From IMG/VR virus record IMGVR_UViG_3300046692_000582: a DNA stretch of 64,000 bases; one strand, 5' to 3'. Source of the DNA: an uncultured virus (IMG/VR IMGVR_UViG_3300046692_000582). Its lineage: Duplodnaviria > Heunggongvirae > Uroviricota > Caudoviricetes. A program made the translations under genes and the position numbers. The notes beneath the pieces are model-generated. The model was not told the origin of the DNA. It was given only the letters and a program-made list of their open reading frames with translations, and ran no database searches. Below are positions 19,604 through 29,857 of this stretch, piece by piece (the stretch's first letter is position 1; each line of letters begins with the position of its first letter).

Positions 19604-20236
19604 TTACGAAACTTCGTAAGGCACAACACCGGCATGAAGGCCAAATCGCCACATCACCGCCTCTGCATCTTCGGCGCTGCGAATTTGCACCTTGGAGGCT
19701 GGAAACTTTGCCAGAGCAGCATTGCTGGCAGCTTGAGCAGATCGGTAACCGATGCCCTGACAGATGAACTCATTAAGCCCCAGGTCAATGACTGCGATCT
19801 GATCAGGCTTAATAATGCTGCCTTCCTCCTCATGATCAAAGCCATCCCGACATGCGTCTATTTGCAGCAACTCAAAGAGCAGTTCATCCTGCGTAAGTCC
19901 CGAAGCCTGGGCCTGTACCCAGTCCGTCAGTGCAATCGCATCGGTCAAAGCGGCATGGAAATTACGATACGCCTCCAGGTGCGTCAGCGTGTCATCCATT
20001 CCGCCAATCGAGTGCCTGAGTTTTACATCTACATCAAAGTCACCGTGCACGACGGTATCCGGAGTGCTGGATTCCGCACAGGACTTTTGCAGTGTCACGC
20101 GGGCACTGACAACTTCCTCTGACCAAAAGCCAACTGGCGTGTAGCTGACAACAACAGACGACCGATTTTGTGCGTTGGTCATGGTTACCAGACGTTTGAA
20201 ATTTTGGTTTTTCTCGTTAGAAAACATGATCTTCAC
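19604..20236 (-). CDS. paralogue family A member 5
   Basis: FKR..VSYTPVGFWS, IRSAEDAEAVMWRF. Confidence 0.8.
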   Translation of the reverse strand: MKIMFSNEKNQNFKRLVTMTNAQNRSSVVVSYTPVGFWSEEVVSARVTLQKSCAESSTPDTVVHGDFDVDVKLRHSIGGMDDTLTHLEAYRNFHAALTDAIALTDWVQAQASGLTQDELLFELLQIDACRDGFDHEEEGSIIKPDQIAVIDLGLNEFICQGIGYRSAQAASNAALAKFPASKVQIRSAEDAEAVMWRFGLHAGVVPYEVS

Positions 20237-20278
20237 TCTCTAATTTGTGAAATTGGATGATAAAAAAGAGCGCTTGTA

Positions 20279-20908
20279 TCAGGCGATGGGAGGCCCAATG
20301 GTCTTGGAGGTATATTTGTTCAAAAACCTCCAAAAACTCAGTTCTCCATCGGTCGCCTTTCGCACCACAATTTTATTGTCTGGAAAATTTTTAGCGTAGG
20401 ACTCTTTGCAAATTGTATTGCTGTTCCATTTTTCGCCATTACACACGGCCTCTCCCGAACCCAGGTCAATGATCGTGTAAATCCGACTCGGCGAGGCATC
20501 TGAATTGAAGAAATTCTCAGGCGATACGTTTTCGCGAAGAATGTGTTCAGCGACCACCTCGAACGCAACTCCTGCCTGAACCAGCCTTTCGGCTGCAATG
20601 GCCAGCCGCATCGCGTCTTCGTAGAGGCCCTGGAAGGCTTTAGCGCCCGCAAGAGAGCACGCCGCGCCCACTGGACTGAATCCATGGTTGCGTACTTCGA
20701 TATTCACCAAGCAGTCGCCGAGCGGGATCAAATGCGCTTTGAGTGCGTCATTCAGGCACTCAGGCGATTCAGTGAAATAGCCAATATTGAGGTTCAGCGT
20801 GCCACCTTCAAACTCTTTCAGGCTGTAGCTCACCGACATCATTTTTTCAGAGTAGATGTGTACTTCGCGCTTGAAGTGTTTGGGATCGACATTGCCCATG
20901 ATGTGCAT
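20279..20908 (-). CDS. paralogue family A member 6
   Basis: FKRE..VSY, IIDLG, VRKATDGELSFWRF. Confidence 0.75.
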   Translation of the reverse strand: MHIMGNVDPKHFKREVHIYSEKMMSVSYSLKEFEGGTLNLNIGYFTESPECLNDALKAHLIPLGDCLVNIEVRNHGFSPVGAACSLAGAKAFQGLYEDAMRLAIAAERLVQAGVAFEVVAEHILRENVSPENFFNSDASPSRIYTIIDLGSGEAVCNGEKWNSNTICKESYAKNFPDNKIVVRKATDGELSFWRFLNKYTSKTIGPPIA

Positions 20909-20970
20909 GCTTGATGTTCTCTGGAAGGTTTAACGCGATCAGGCCTCACGAGGAGGCCTGGGGCGGTTGA

Positions 20971-21210
20971 TTACTGAGCGCGCAGCCAGATGGCCACTTC
21001 TTGAAGTCGGATGTGAGCCATCTCGGCGCGGTGACCCTTGATGTAGCCCTTCAGAAAGAACGCCATCTCTTCTGGCAAGTTTGGCTGGGCCAGCGCTTCA
21101 CGCAGGACACCTTCGTCGTACAGATGGTTCTGGGCGATGGCGTCGAGGGCGTCAGCGGTTTTGCGAAGTGCTTGCGGCATGTTGGTCACCTGTTCTGTTG
21201 ATGGGTTCAT
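20971..21210 (-). CDS. hypothetical protein
   Basis: GAGGGG RBS. Confidence 0.6.
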   Translation of the reverse strand: MNPSTEQVTNMPQALRKTADALDAIAQNHLYDEGVLREALAQPNLPEEMAFFLKGYIKGHRAEMAHIRLQEVAIWLRAQ

Positions 21211-21231
21211 TATCCCCCCTCAATAAAACAT

Positions 21232-21248
21232 TGTCAATGTCATTGACA
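21232..21248. promoter_or_regulatory. TGTCA-N7-TGACA operator
   Basis: TGTCA ATGTCAT TGACA. Confidence 0.7.
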
Positions 21249-21262
21249 CTACTTTGATGACT

Positions 21263-21793
21263 TTATGCGGTCAGGACGCACTGAAGCTCATGCAAAGCAT
21301 CCTCTATGGTTCGCTCACGTATTTCGCTCCGACCCAGCTTAGGGTCATACTGTTTTTGAATGGCAAAGGCTCGCCATGGCGTCGCCACGCCGATCCAAAC
21401 GGTGCCGACCGGGGTTTCCTTGGTTCCGCCCCCTGGGCCCGCCACGCCGGTTACCGCGATGGCATACGTTGAGTTGGCGCGGTGCATGCCGCCAAGCGCC
21501 ATTGCAATAGCCACATCGTGGCAGACGGGACCTTGCTCAGCCAGCAACTCTTCTGAAACGCCAACCAGACCTGCTTTGTGCTCGTTCGAGTAGGTGACAT
21601 ACGCCACTTTGATCCATTCCGAACTGCCGGGTACTTCGGTGATGGCCTGAGCAATGCCGCCTCCGGTCAATGATTCTACTGTTGTAACGGTAGCCTGTTC
21701 AGCCTTGAGCGAATTACCCAGCTTGACGCATTGTTCGTAGTGCTTGTTCACACTCAAATTCCTTGATTCGGTCGGAATAACGCTGATCGTCAC
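21263..21793 (-). CDS. pncC: CinA-family NMN deamidase (PncC)
   Basis: ESLTGG, PGSS, VTYSN..K, TGVAGPGG, PVGTVWIG motifs. Confidence 0.9.
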   Translation of the reverse strand: MTISVIPTESRNLSVNKHYEQCVKLGNSLKAEQATVTTVESLTGGGIAQAITEVPGSSEWIKVAYVTYSNEHKAGLVGVSEELLAEQGPVCHDVAIAMALGGMHRANSTYAIAVTGVAGPGGGTKETPVGTVWIGVATPWRAFAIQKQYDPKLGRSEIRERTIEDALHELQCVLTA

Positions 21794-21799
21794 CTGACG

Positions 21800-22234
21800 T
21801 CAGCTTGGGCGTTTGCTGTTTGCCTGCGCCAACACCTGCTTGGATTCGTCGATATTCCATGCGGTGGCTGGATCCTGTCCGGCCTGAAGAATGCCGCTTT
21901 GGGCGCTGTCGCCGAACGCAGCTGTGGATTCCACAAAGCGGTGTGCGCTGGCCAAATGGCCCGACAGAGCGGTATTTTGTTCCCGCAGGTTATTCAGCTC
22001 AGCCAGCAGTGCATCCAGATCGTAGCCATCCTGCTCGCTCCCCAGGTCTTGTTCTGGACGAGCGCCATACTTGACTGGAAACTCGTAGCGAATAGTGCCT
22101 CGGATGGCGAAGTGCTCCTGGCAACGAGGCCCGCAGCAATCGCAGCTGGTCGTGGGAGCGTCAGCATAGACACCCTCGCAATCCGGGCAGATGAAGGCTT
22201 TGCGAACAATGGACTTGCCGGATTGGTCTTTCAT
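21800..22234 (-). CDS. hypothetical zinc-ribbon protein
   Basis: CPDC..CDCC; AGGAG RBS. Confidence 0.6.
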   Translation of the reverse strand: MKDQSGKSIVRKAFICPDCEGVYADAPTTSCDCCGPRCQEHFAIRGTIRYEFPVKYGARPEQDLGSEQDGYDLDALLAELNNLREQNTALSGHLASAHRFVESTAAFGDSAQSGILQAGQDPATAWNIDESKQVLAQANSKRPS

Positions 22235-22275
22235 GCCTGCTCCTATAAGCTGGGGTTGCCAGCCATTGAAAGTTT

Positions 22276-22578
22276 TTAGTAGACCTGATGAATGTTTGGC
22301 AAGCTCAGGTTCGCTGAGCAGTCTTCATCCAGATTGGGGACATCAGGGTAGCCGCCTACGATGGAATAGGAAATGTCCAGATGAGCAAAAGCTGGTTCAT
22401 TAAGAACGTGATCAATCAACGATTTCATATCGGGAAATTCTTGTCGAAAGCCTTCCAGCGTTTTGGAGACTTCGTAGACAGCCTCCGCATGATCGTCCTT
22501 GGCCAAATAGCCAAAAACACTCTCGTCACTGCCCACGTCACGAAATTCAACAACGCGAATGCTCAGGGTATTTGACAT
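22276..22578 (-). CDS. hypothetical protein
   Basis: GAGG RBS; promoter TTGACG-17-TACAAT with operator 22626-22642. Confidence 0.65.
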   Translation of the reverse strand: MSNTLSIRVVEFRDVGSDESVFGYLAKDDHAEAVYEVSKTLEGFRQEFPDMKSLIDHVLNEPAFAHLDISYSIVGGYPDVPNLDEDCSANLSLPNIHQVY

Positions 22579-22689
22579 GTATTTTCCTCTTAATGTATGG
22601 AAATTGTACAAGTAAATTAGAGTAGCGTCAATGACAGTGACTCTTTAATTAGCCCTTATTAATCCTCCACGCATTTTCCATGAGGTCGG

Positions 22690-22992
22690 TCAGCAGCCAC
22701 CTTTCAGGACATTCAGCTCGCGAGTGACTTGTGACAATTTACCTTCAAGGTCCAGTTTTTCCAGTTGGTGTTGTCGCGCCTTTTCGTTGGCGGCACGTCC
22801 CAGTAGGGCATCCATTTGAAAGTCCTGGTGCACGTCTGCCATGATTTTCAGGGCGATATCGACGTGGATGAAATCCTTGTCTTCTTGAAGCTCAAGGGCT
22901 ACTTGTTCGAGCCGATCTGCTCGGGCGCGCAGAGCTTTGGCGGTGTTCTGAATCAATTCAACGGATGGGCGTACGATGATTTCACGGCTCAT
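22690..22992 (-). CDS. coiled-coil hypothetical protein
   Basis: 100-aa helical ORF. Confidence 0.6.
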   Translation of the reverse strand: MSREIIVRPSVELIQNTAKALRARADRLEQVALELQEDKDFIHVDIALKIMADVHQDFQMDALLGRAANEKARQHQLEKLDLEGKLSQVTRELNVLKGGC

Positions 22993-23071
22993 AAAGGCCT
23001 TCTATTCCGGGAATAATGGACGTGTAAAACCGCCCATCACAGGGGGTGGGCGGCTGAATTTTGGTGGCGAA

Positions 23072-23248
23072 TTACTCGTTGATGAGGACGGGCTCGTCTT
23101 CTTCAAACTCGGAGTTGTCTCCCTTTCCTGCGAGGTCGCTGGTGATCATGACTGCTTCAGAAGCCGACACTTTGCGGTAGGTTTCCTGAGTGATGGCATC
23201 GAAAAACTCGCTGTTGATCGAAACCTCACCAAATGTACTCTTTTTCAC
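23072..23248 (-). CDS. 58-aa hypothetical protein (below ORF-track cutoff)
   Basis: GAGG RBS, GTG start MKKSTFGEVSINSEFFD, followed by GC hairpin. Confidence 0.5.
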   Translation of the reverse strand: MKKSTFGEVSINSEFFDAITQETYRKVSASEAVMITSDLAGKGDNSEFEEDEPVLINE

Positions 23249-23338
23249 GATTAACCTCTTACCCTGCTCATTGACTGGTGGTGCATGCCTGTATTTTACA
23301 GGCTGCTGCGGACTGCTGCTGAAAAGTTTGCTAGTCGC

Positions 23339-23758
23339 TTAGGCGGCATCGGCTTCGATGTCTAGATAATCGGCAATGGCCGACAGGGTCTCTTCAAACG
23401 TTTTTCCAGCGCTCGCCAGTTCGCCTGCCAGATCGGCAACGCAAACAGCCTCTTGGTAAGCGGCCAGGAAGCGCTTGGCCAGTGACACGCTCTGATCCCC
23501 CTCATTGGATTGAGAGGCGTCATGATGCAGCAGGATTTCAACGTAGCATTCGCCAGACCTGACTGAAAGAGCGGAGCGGCGTGCGTTTTCTTGACGAAAA
23601 AAGTTGATGTCGAGCGTGATCTCTTCTGCGAACCAGTCAAAAAGCTTGTACGTCACTTGAATATAGCTGGTGCTGGTATTTGAGCTGGCGCTGGAGAAGT
23701 TCCGAATGAACTGGGCATTACTGGAAGTACTGGAAGCGATCATCGACTTGATACTCAA
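23339..23758 (-). CDS. paralogue family A member 7 (N-terminal domain only)
   Basis: FIRNF..IQVTYKLFDW..EEITLDINF; promoter TTGACA-17-TATGAT. Confidence 0.65.
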   Translation of the reverse strand: MSIKSMIASSTSSNAQFIRNFSSASSNTSTSYIQVTYKLFDWFAEEITLDINFFRQENARRSALSVRSGECYVEILLHHDASQSNEGDQSVSLAKRFLAAYQEAVCVADLAGELASAGKTFEETLSAIADYLDIEADAA

Positions 23759-23919
23759 GAAGGTATTTCCAACATCATACGTTCTGTCATTATTATTGTC
23801 AATTTAATGCAGCTTGATTTTTTAACAACAGAATGTGCTGCGGGTATATAGTCAGCATTATTGACTTTATTATCATCACTGATAAAATGGACTCCTACAC
23901 CCTTCAGGCACAAAATCTC

Positions 23920-24510
23920 ATGAGCGCTCCATTCGTATTTGATTGTCCGATGGCATTGGTCAAGGCTCACACGTCCAGTGATATCGATCCGATGAATTAC
24001 ATTTTGTATTTTTCACAACAGGGATTTCGGTTCGCCGACCCTGAATTGCAAAGCGCAGAGCTGACATCTCAATTGGAAATGCTCAATTCCGCCATGAAAG
24101 AGCGCTTTGAGGCATCCTTCTCTGTGAGCATGTTGCCCTCTTACAAGTTGCACAAGAAGGACGATCATTTTGACGGCCCGGTCGAAATTCCAGACTTGCT
24201 GAGCATTTTGGAGCCCTACTCCCAAAGTCTGGCGGAAAACGAGCTTGTCCACGGCGATTGCAAGGTGGCCCTCTCTGTATTGATCGATCAGTGCAAACAT
24301 CCCAAGATTGGCCTGGAGATTCAGGCTCAAGGCTGGGGGCCTGGAAAGGAGCGCAGCTTGACGTTTTTTGTCCACAATACCTTCGATAAGGAATACGCTT
24401 TGTTTAACAAGAATGGCACCAGCCTTGATCCTCTAAAGCGCTTCTATGCTGGTTCATTTGGTGGTCGGATGGAAATGCACTGGAGTCACTCACTCAAGCG
24501 TTTTGTGTGA
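23920..24510 (+). CDS. hypothetical protein
   Basis: follows operator-bearing promoter 23850-23888. Confidence 0.65.
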   Translation: MSAPFVFDCPMALVKAHTSSDIDPMNYILYFSQQGFRFADPELQSAELTSQLEMLNSAMKERFEASFSVSMLPSYKLHKKDDHFDGPVEIPDLLSILEPYSQSLAENELVHGDCKVALSVLIDQCKHPKIGLEIQAQGWGPGKERSLTFFVHNTFDKEYALFNKNGTSLDPLKRFYAGSFGGRMEMHWSHSLKRFV

Positions 24511-24598
24511 GTCACTGTTTGCGGCGGCAGTTCCTGTGCCATTTGGACACTTGGAACTGCCATTGCAGGGAAGGAGGTTCAGACTCTGGGGCCGATAT

Positions 24599-25153
24599 TC
24601 ACTGGCCGATGATCTGGTAGATGAATTCCTTTCCGCCCGTTTCGGAATCCACTGCGACCCTCATCAACAGCCCCTCATCAGAGAGTCGCTTAAGGCGCGT
24701 ACTAGCGTTCTGGACGCTGATGTTCAATGCATCGGCGATCTTGGTTGTGGTCGTTTCCCTTTGATTCGAAGCCGCGTCCAGGAGAATCTTGGTCGATTCG
24801 CTCAGCGCTGGTCCTGCGAACTTGCACACGCCTTCATTCCAGCAAGTAAGATGTATATCAGAAGCCAAGGCAGCCCCCTGAAGGTTGGCAAAAAGATCTT
24901 CATCATGGGCATCAAGCACAAACAGGAAGATTTCCTTGCGATATCGCTTGGCGGTATAAATCAGTGCCTCGCGAAAAAAGGAGGCGTCAGCTCGATCCAG
25001 ATTGCCAAGCGATATCCCGATAATCTTTACGCCTGACAGATTGTCGATGTAGTCCACCAGCTTGGTATAAGTGAGTCGCCCCGTGACGCTGCCATAAGGC
25101 GTGCTGTCTGGGGTGAAATGTCGCAGCGCAATAACAAGGCTTTTCTCGTTCAT
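24599..25153 (-). CDS. STAS-like N-terminus plus winged-helix (MarR-like) DNA-binding protein
   Basis: ADASFFRE; IADALNISVQNASTRLKRLSDEGLLMR...GGKEFIY. Confidence 0.75.
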   Translation of the reverse strand: MNEKSLVIALRHFTPDSTPYGSVTGRLTYTKLVDYIDNLSGVKIIGISLGNLDRADASFFREALIYTAKRYRKEIFLFVLDAHDEDLFANLQGAALASDIHLTCWNEGVCKFAGPALSESTKILLDAASNQRETTTTKIADALNISVQNASTRLKRLSDEGLLMRVAVDSETGGKEFIYQIIGQ

Positions 25154-25490
25154 TTTGCGAGTTTAACCAGCAATCTATCTTACTGTCAATGGCAGTTGTT
25201 TCATCATTTCAGCAACGCCATGGCCTGCACTTTGTCAGGTCAGCGCCCAGGCACTCGGCGCGAGTCGTGCATGACTCTGACGCCCGTATCATCAAGCGTA
25301 GCGCAGTAGTCGCCACAATTTGAGAGATCAGCCTCGGTCAATTCTACAATTCGATGAACTGACCAATAGTGCTGGTAGCGCAGAGGGATGTTGCTTGTTC
25401 GTTCTCGGTGGCGTTCAGCCAATAGGCCTTGCCGATACACCATGTCTGGCCGCTCGAACTGCATAATTGACCTTCCCTTCCCGATTTGAT

Positions 25491-25817
25491 TTACGTTGTC
25501 GGCAAATCAATGGTCGTGCCTTGTGTACGCCCACCATTCTGGACATAAACAGCCATACCTTCAGCGGTCAGACCATAGTGCTTTTCTGGATGGCTGCCGT
25601 TCAAATCGGCGCACAGCTTAACCAATCCCTTTTTCAGCAAGGCATCCAGCGCGCTGCGAGAGAAGCGTCGGCATTTAGGGTCACCCAAGCTTCCACCATT
25701 GGCACTAAATCCTCCTGTGGCCTCCATGACAATCCATTTCGCACGCTCAGCCACAATCACTCGACGTGAGTGGTTCTTTCCCAGCTCGGTGATCATTCGC
25801 AGTTCGGCAGCATTCAT
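25491..25817 (-). CDS. hypothetical protein, winged-helix-like
   Basis: LDALLKKGLV...YGLTAEG. Confidence 0.55.
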   Translation of the reverse strand: MNAAELRMITELGKNHSRRVIVAERAKWIVMEATGGFSANGGSLGDPKCRRFSRSALDALLKKGLVKLCADLNGSHPEKHYGLTAEGMAVYVQNGGRTQGTTIDLPTT

Positions 25818-26453
25818 GTATTCACCATGAGCATTTTTGATTGTTCAAGATCGCAAAGGGATATTGTTCGACAAAACGGCGGAGGACAAGTGCGCCCATT
25901 GCTGGGGTGTGACATCCAATGTGCCTGCGTTGAATTGCTGATCAATTTGATCGACGACATTGGCTATTGCAGCGTTGGATGTCGCCTTGTGGACTGCATC
26001 CAGCGCCTCCTCAAAATCACAAAACGACAATGTGGCCATGACTCTTGTGCCTCTATTTTGACTGATTTGTAGCGCCCGCAATTGAGAGCCTTTTCAGCGG
26101 CTCAAGTAGCTCATTCAGCCTGTTAAAATGCAGTTTGTGGCGCTCCATGTTTTCCACATACTGCTTAGTTCCTGGCACAGGCTTATTGGCAGAATCAAAA
26201 GCCCGCACGGTTTCCTCTTGCTCATGAGAGATGTTCTCCAGAAGCAAGGCGAGGCTAAATGACTCGTCCTTTTCTGTAATGGACTCAGCCATCGATAATT
26301 TTCCCGTTAACATTTGCCGTAACCAGAAATATCAGCAGCAAGCGCTCTTTGAGCGAAATCACCAACGTGCTCTCACGCTTCCTCGCACTGACTTGGCCGG
26401 AAACGGTCTCTCAACAGGACGAGAACAGCCGAATATTGCTACGAACTGCTCAG

Positions 26454-26663
26454 TTACAGGCTCAGGAATGAGGCTTGAGCGCTTGTGAAGGCCTGTTCTT
26501 CGATCTGGCCCATCATCGCATGCATCTGGTTAGCCAGATCACGGCGCAAGTCCGGTGTGAGCGGCTTGTCGGAATACAATGTATCCATGATCCGGCGCAG
26601 CTTTGCTTGCTGCCCAGGCTCAATGTAGTAACCGGCGATGTCGTTTTTTTCAGTGTTGCTCAT
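26454..26663 (-). CDS. hypothetical protein
   Basis: AGGA RBS; LTPDLRRDLAN motif. Confidence 0.6.
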   Translation of the reverse strand: MSNTEKNDIAGYYIEPGQQAKLRRIMDTLYSDKPLTPDLRRDLANQMHAMMGQIEEQAFTSAQASFLSL

Positions 26664-26791
26664 GACCGTTCCTGTTTGATTTGTCTCTAGTGCTCGATGC
26701 TACGTGCAAAGCGTGGAAATGCCCAGGCCTGCAATTGCGCGAAAAGACAGTGATTGCAATCACTTGAGCAATCACTGCTTTTGATCCTTTA

Positions 26792-27061
26792 TTACTGGCT
26801 GCTCATCGCGTCAACCAGCTCGCGCTCTGCCCTGGCCGCTGCATCACGGGTTGTGAAGGTGAAGTCACCCTCCACATTCAAATCCGTGCGTCGTGGGTCA
26901 CAGACAATCCGCCATTTGTGATCGACGTAGTTGTTACTGACGCAGCCAATCGCACCGCTTGGATAGTTGACGTTATGCACGTACCAGCCACCATGGCGCC
27001 AGCGAGAGAAAATGGGTTGCCAGTTTTGCGTCTTCGAATTAGCGGCTTTGGCGTGTGGCAT
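26792..27061 (-). CDS. phage-type hypothetical protein
   Basis: WRHGGWYV..YPSGAIGCVS..WRIVCDPR..TRDAAARAE. Confidence 0.65.
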   Translation of the reverse strand: MPHAKAANSKTQNWQPIFSRWRHGGWYVHNVNYPSGAIGCVSNNYVDHKWRIVCDPRRTDLNVEGDFTFTTRDAAARAERELVDAMSSQ

Positions 27062-27124
27062 CGTTGGCACCTTGTAAATGATGTTGAATATTGTGTCTTT
27101 GTTGAGGGGCAATACTGTTGGACG

Positions 27125-27466
27125 TCAGGCTACGCTTACGGAAAATCCGTGATCGTGGGTTGGCCATCCGTTTTTCATCATGATCTCGTTCAGTGTCAGC
27201 ACACCGCCCTTCTGGTTAGTGAAGGACACGTAATATCGCCGATCCGAACGCTGTTCTTCAGCATCGTAATTCATCACATCGCATTGCCACGTCTCAACAG
27301 AAAAGCCAGCCTCCTCAAAGCGCTTGATGGCGAAATTCCGCAGGCGCGAAACAAGGCCATGGCTGACTTTCTCGTCCATTGGAATAATGCCATAACCGAT
27401 GAATTTGTCGTTCATGTCAAATTGGGGTTCGCCGGTTTTAGCAACAAACGTACTGACAGTAGGCAT
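27125..27466 (-). CDS. hypothetical protein
   Basis: downstream of operator-bearing promoter (27571-27587). Confidence 0.65.
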   Translation of the reverse strand: MPTVSTFVAKTGEPQFDMNDKFIGYGIIPMDEKVSHGLVSRLRNFAIKRFEEAGFSVETWQCDVMNYDAEEQRSDRRYYVSFTNQKGGVLTLNEIMMKNGWPTHDHGFSVSVA

Positions 27467-27933
27467 GATTAATTCCGAAATAAGATCTGGGCGGGCTCAA
27501 CATTCTCACTCAATTAAAGCAATTTGGTTTAGCGCTTGAATAAGATTAATTGTACAGGATTCATTAAGAGTGTCAATCAAAATGACAAAATATTCAAAAG
27601 AAAAGTGAAGGTGAGATTCTTGTGAGAGCGAGAGGGGGAAGGAGCGTAGAAAGAGCGGCTGGATAGATCAGCGACGCCTAGGCGTCGCTGTTTTTCTGAC
27701 TCTTCATATGTAAAACTTCAAGGATAATCGACGACCATCGTGGTTCGTCCAAGCCAAGAATCTCGGCCAAATCCCTGCGAGCTTGATCGCAACCAGACAT
27801 CATCAATTCTGCATAGTCTCTTTGCGCGTCACAATCCTCAAACTCGCGAGCAGTGACCATGGGCTCAGCCAACTTGCCGAGCTTGCCATTTGCCAGCTTG
27901 ACACGCGTCACGGCCTTCACGGCCTTCACGGGA

Positions 27934-28857
27934 TTATTCGTCATCGGCTCTTTCCGGGCCAACAAAGCCTGCACGACGTACATCTTTCAGGAGTCTGGCA
28001 TTCGGGTAGCCTTCGCTGTCACGCACCGTCACAAAGACGCGGTTCACGTTCTTGTCGTCCCCGTGGTTGCCCCATACGTAGTAACCGGACACAACGTGGT
28101 CAACCCACGCTTTATTACTGCTGAGATAGATGCTGACGCGCTTTCCAATGGGGGGCAGAAGATTGTAATGTTCAGGCCCTGGCTGACCATCCCAGCATTG
28201 CGAAACGCCAGCCAAGCTTTTGTTCACTTCCTCAAGCTTTTCTCGATACGCTTCAGCCAGACGAGGTGAAACGCTGGATTTTGCATCTGCCAATGACGAG
28301 AGCTGCGAAATAGCATCAAACAGCAAAACATCACGCTTGGCGATTTCAACACTCATTTCGCCGATGGTCATTTCCATGCCACCGGCCATCATTCGAGCTG
28401 AATCCCCCTTTAGCGCGGCATCTTCTGCCATCGCCAGTTGGTGGGTCAGGCTTTGGATAACGGCGTCCTTCGCTTCGCCGACGCCTTTCCAAACCTTCAG
28501 CGACCAGCTCTTTTCAGCCATCCACGCTTTCATCAAGACCAGATTGTTGGGGTCTGGTCGGGGATGCCCGTGTTTGGAAAAGAACGCTTCAAAATCATCA
28601 AGCTGCTTAAACAAACTCATGTCGCCGTAAACAGCTGAAGTCAGATCAAAGTCGCCCAGTTCTTTGGCAATTCGATTTGCTACGTTTTGCAGCTCGTTGA
28701 GAGACAGTACATTAACTTGCTCCCCCCAGGCATTTTTGATCGGATTGGACGCGCACTGATCCATCATTGAGCGGTGTGCCCCGCCCATAGTCAGTGCGGC
28801 AGTCTTCAGTAGACTGCGAAGCCGCTCATTTTCTGCCAATAGTGTCTTATTATCCAT
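27934..28857 (-). CDS. phage-type coiled-coil hypothetical protein
   Basis: 307-aa ORF. Confidence 0.65.
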   Translation of the reverse strand: MDNKTLLAENERLRSLLKTAALTMGGAHRSMMDQCASNPIKNAWGEQVNVLSLNELQNVANRIAKELGDFDLTSAVYGDMSLFKQLDDFEAFFSKHGHPRPDPNNLVLMKAWMAEKSWSLKVWKGVGEAKDAVIQSLTHQLAMAEDAALKGDSARMMAGGMEMTIGEMSVEIAKRDVLLFDAISQLSSLADAKSSVSPRLAEAYREKLEEVNKSLAGVSQCWDGQPGPEHYNLLPPIGKRVSIYLSSNKAWVDHVVSGYYVWGNHGDDKNVNRVFVTVRDSEGYPNARLLKDVRRAGFVGPERADDE

Positions 28858-28893
28858 TTTTTATCCGATCAATAATTTGGGGGAAGTGTCTGA

Positions 28894-29274
28894 TTATTGC
28901 TGATGGCGCTGGTTTTGACCGGGACGGCGTTGCTTTTGAACAACATCTTTTTTTGTTTTGGAGTCAAAAAAAGTCTTTTCTGGCGCCATGCCGCCGTTCA
29001 TCATTGCCATGGCAAGCATTTGACCGAAACTGTCTGTATCAGCGCGCATCGCGTCTTGCTGACGTGCTTCGTTGCGACGATTGTCACAGTGCTCGCTGGG
29101 CACGCAGTGCCCGCCCGTCATGTCGCAGCCATAACCATTGCTGCTGGTGCCTTGAAAATGTGCGTTGACTTGAGTGCGGAGTTCGCAGCTGACGTTGTGA
29201 CCAGGATGATTGGCGTGTTTACCGTGCTGCGCAGAAATGAATGTCATGACCCGCTCCTCTGTATGTGCATTCAA
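28894..29274 (-). CDS. Cys/His-rich hypothetical protein
   Basis: GYGCDMTGGHCVPSEHC. Confidence 0.55.
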   Translation of the reverse strand: MNAHTEERVMTFISAQHGKHANHPGHNVSCELRTQVNAHFQGTSSNGYGCDMTGGHCVPSEHCDNRRNEARQQDAMRADTDSFGQMLAMAMMNGGMAPEKTFFDSKTKKDVVQKQRRPGQNQRHQQ

Positions 29275-29436
29275 TATATTGTTTCACCGATATTATGTCA
29301 ACGCAACAAGATTAATTTTGTACAAACTATATGTGCAGATTGTTCGCTACAAATGAGCAATCCTCCTACGTCGGGAGGTCTTCCAGTCGGGGCCTTGTTC
29401 TGCCCCTCCCCCGTTTGTGCCGGGGGAGGGCTTCCG

Positions 29437-29685
29437 TTACAGTGTCAGATCATCAAGCCAGACCAGTGCCCAGCGGTAGCAGTTGAGCATTGTGGTTTTA
29501 CTGGCTTTGGTTGGGCGACCCGATTGGTGCCAAGGTATTCTGGCTTTTACCAGCGTGCATTCTTTGTCCTGGTAGATGCATACATCACGCTTTCCTTTAA
29601 CGCCCTGCGATAGCACCACGTAATCGTTGGTGGGCTCATAACGCGCATACAGGGTAATCAGCGAAGACGTTTGTGAAATGCTCAT
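29437..29685 (-). CDS. hypothetical protein
   Basis: GGAG RBS; operator-bearing promoter 29736-29752. Confidence 0.6.
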   Translation of the reverse strand: MSISQTSSLITLYARYEPTNDYVVLSQGVKGKRDVCIYQDKECTLVKARIPWHQSGRPTKASKTTMLNCYRWALVWLDDLTL

Positions 29686-29793
29686 GACATGGGGCTCCAG
29701 ATGTTGAGTCGAAATTGTACCAAATTTAGAGTGCGTGTCAATGACGCTGACTGTAAAATGATTTTCGGAAGCCTTATTTTTTGTACAAATTTA

Positions 29794-29833
29794 CGTCATT
29801 TGCATTGACATAATATCCGACAATCCATATACT
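29794..29833 (+). promoter_or_regulatory. sigma70 promoter with operator
   Basis: CGTCA TTTGCAT TGACA; TTGACA-17-TATACT. Confidence 0.75.
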
Positions 29834-29857
29834 GGACACAACTAAAGGAGATCACTC

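Noticed and set aside
29350..29435. GC-rich hairpins as an ncRNA
   Set aside because: Only two simple hairpins directly after a stop codon; explained as terminator/stabiliser.
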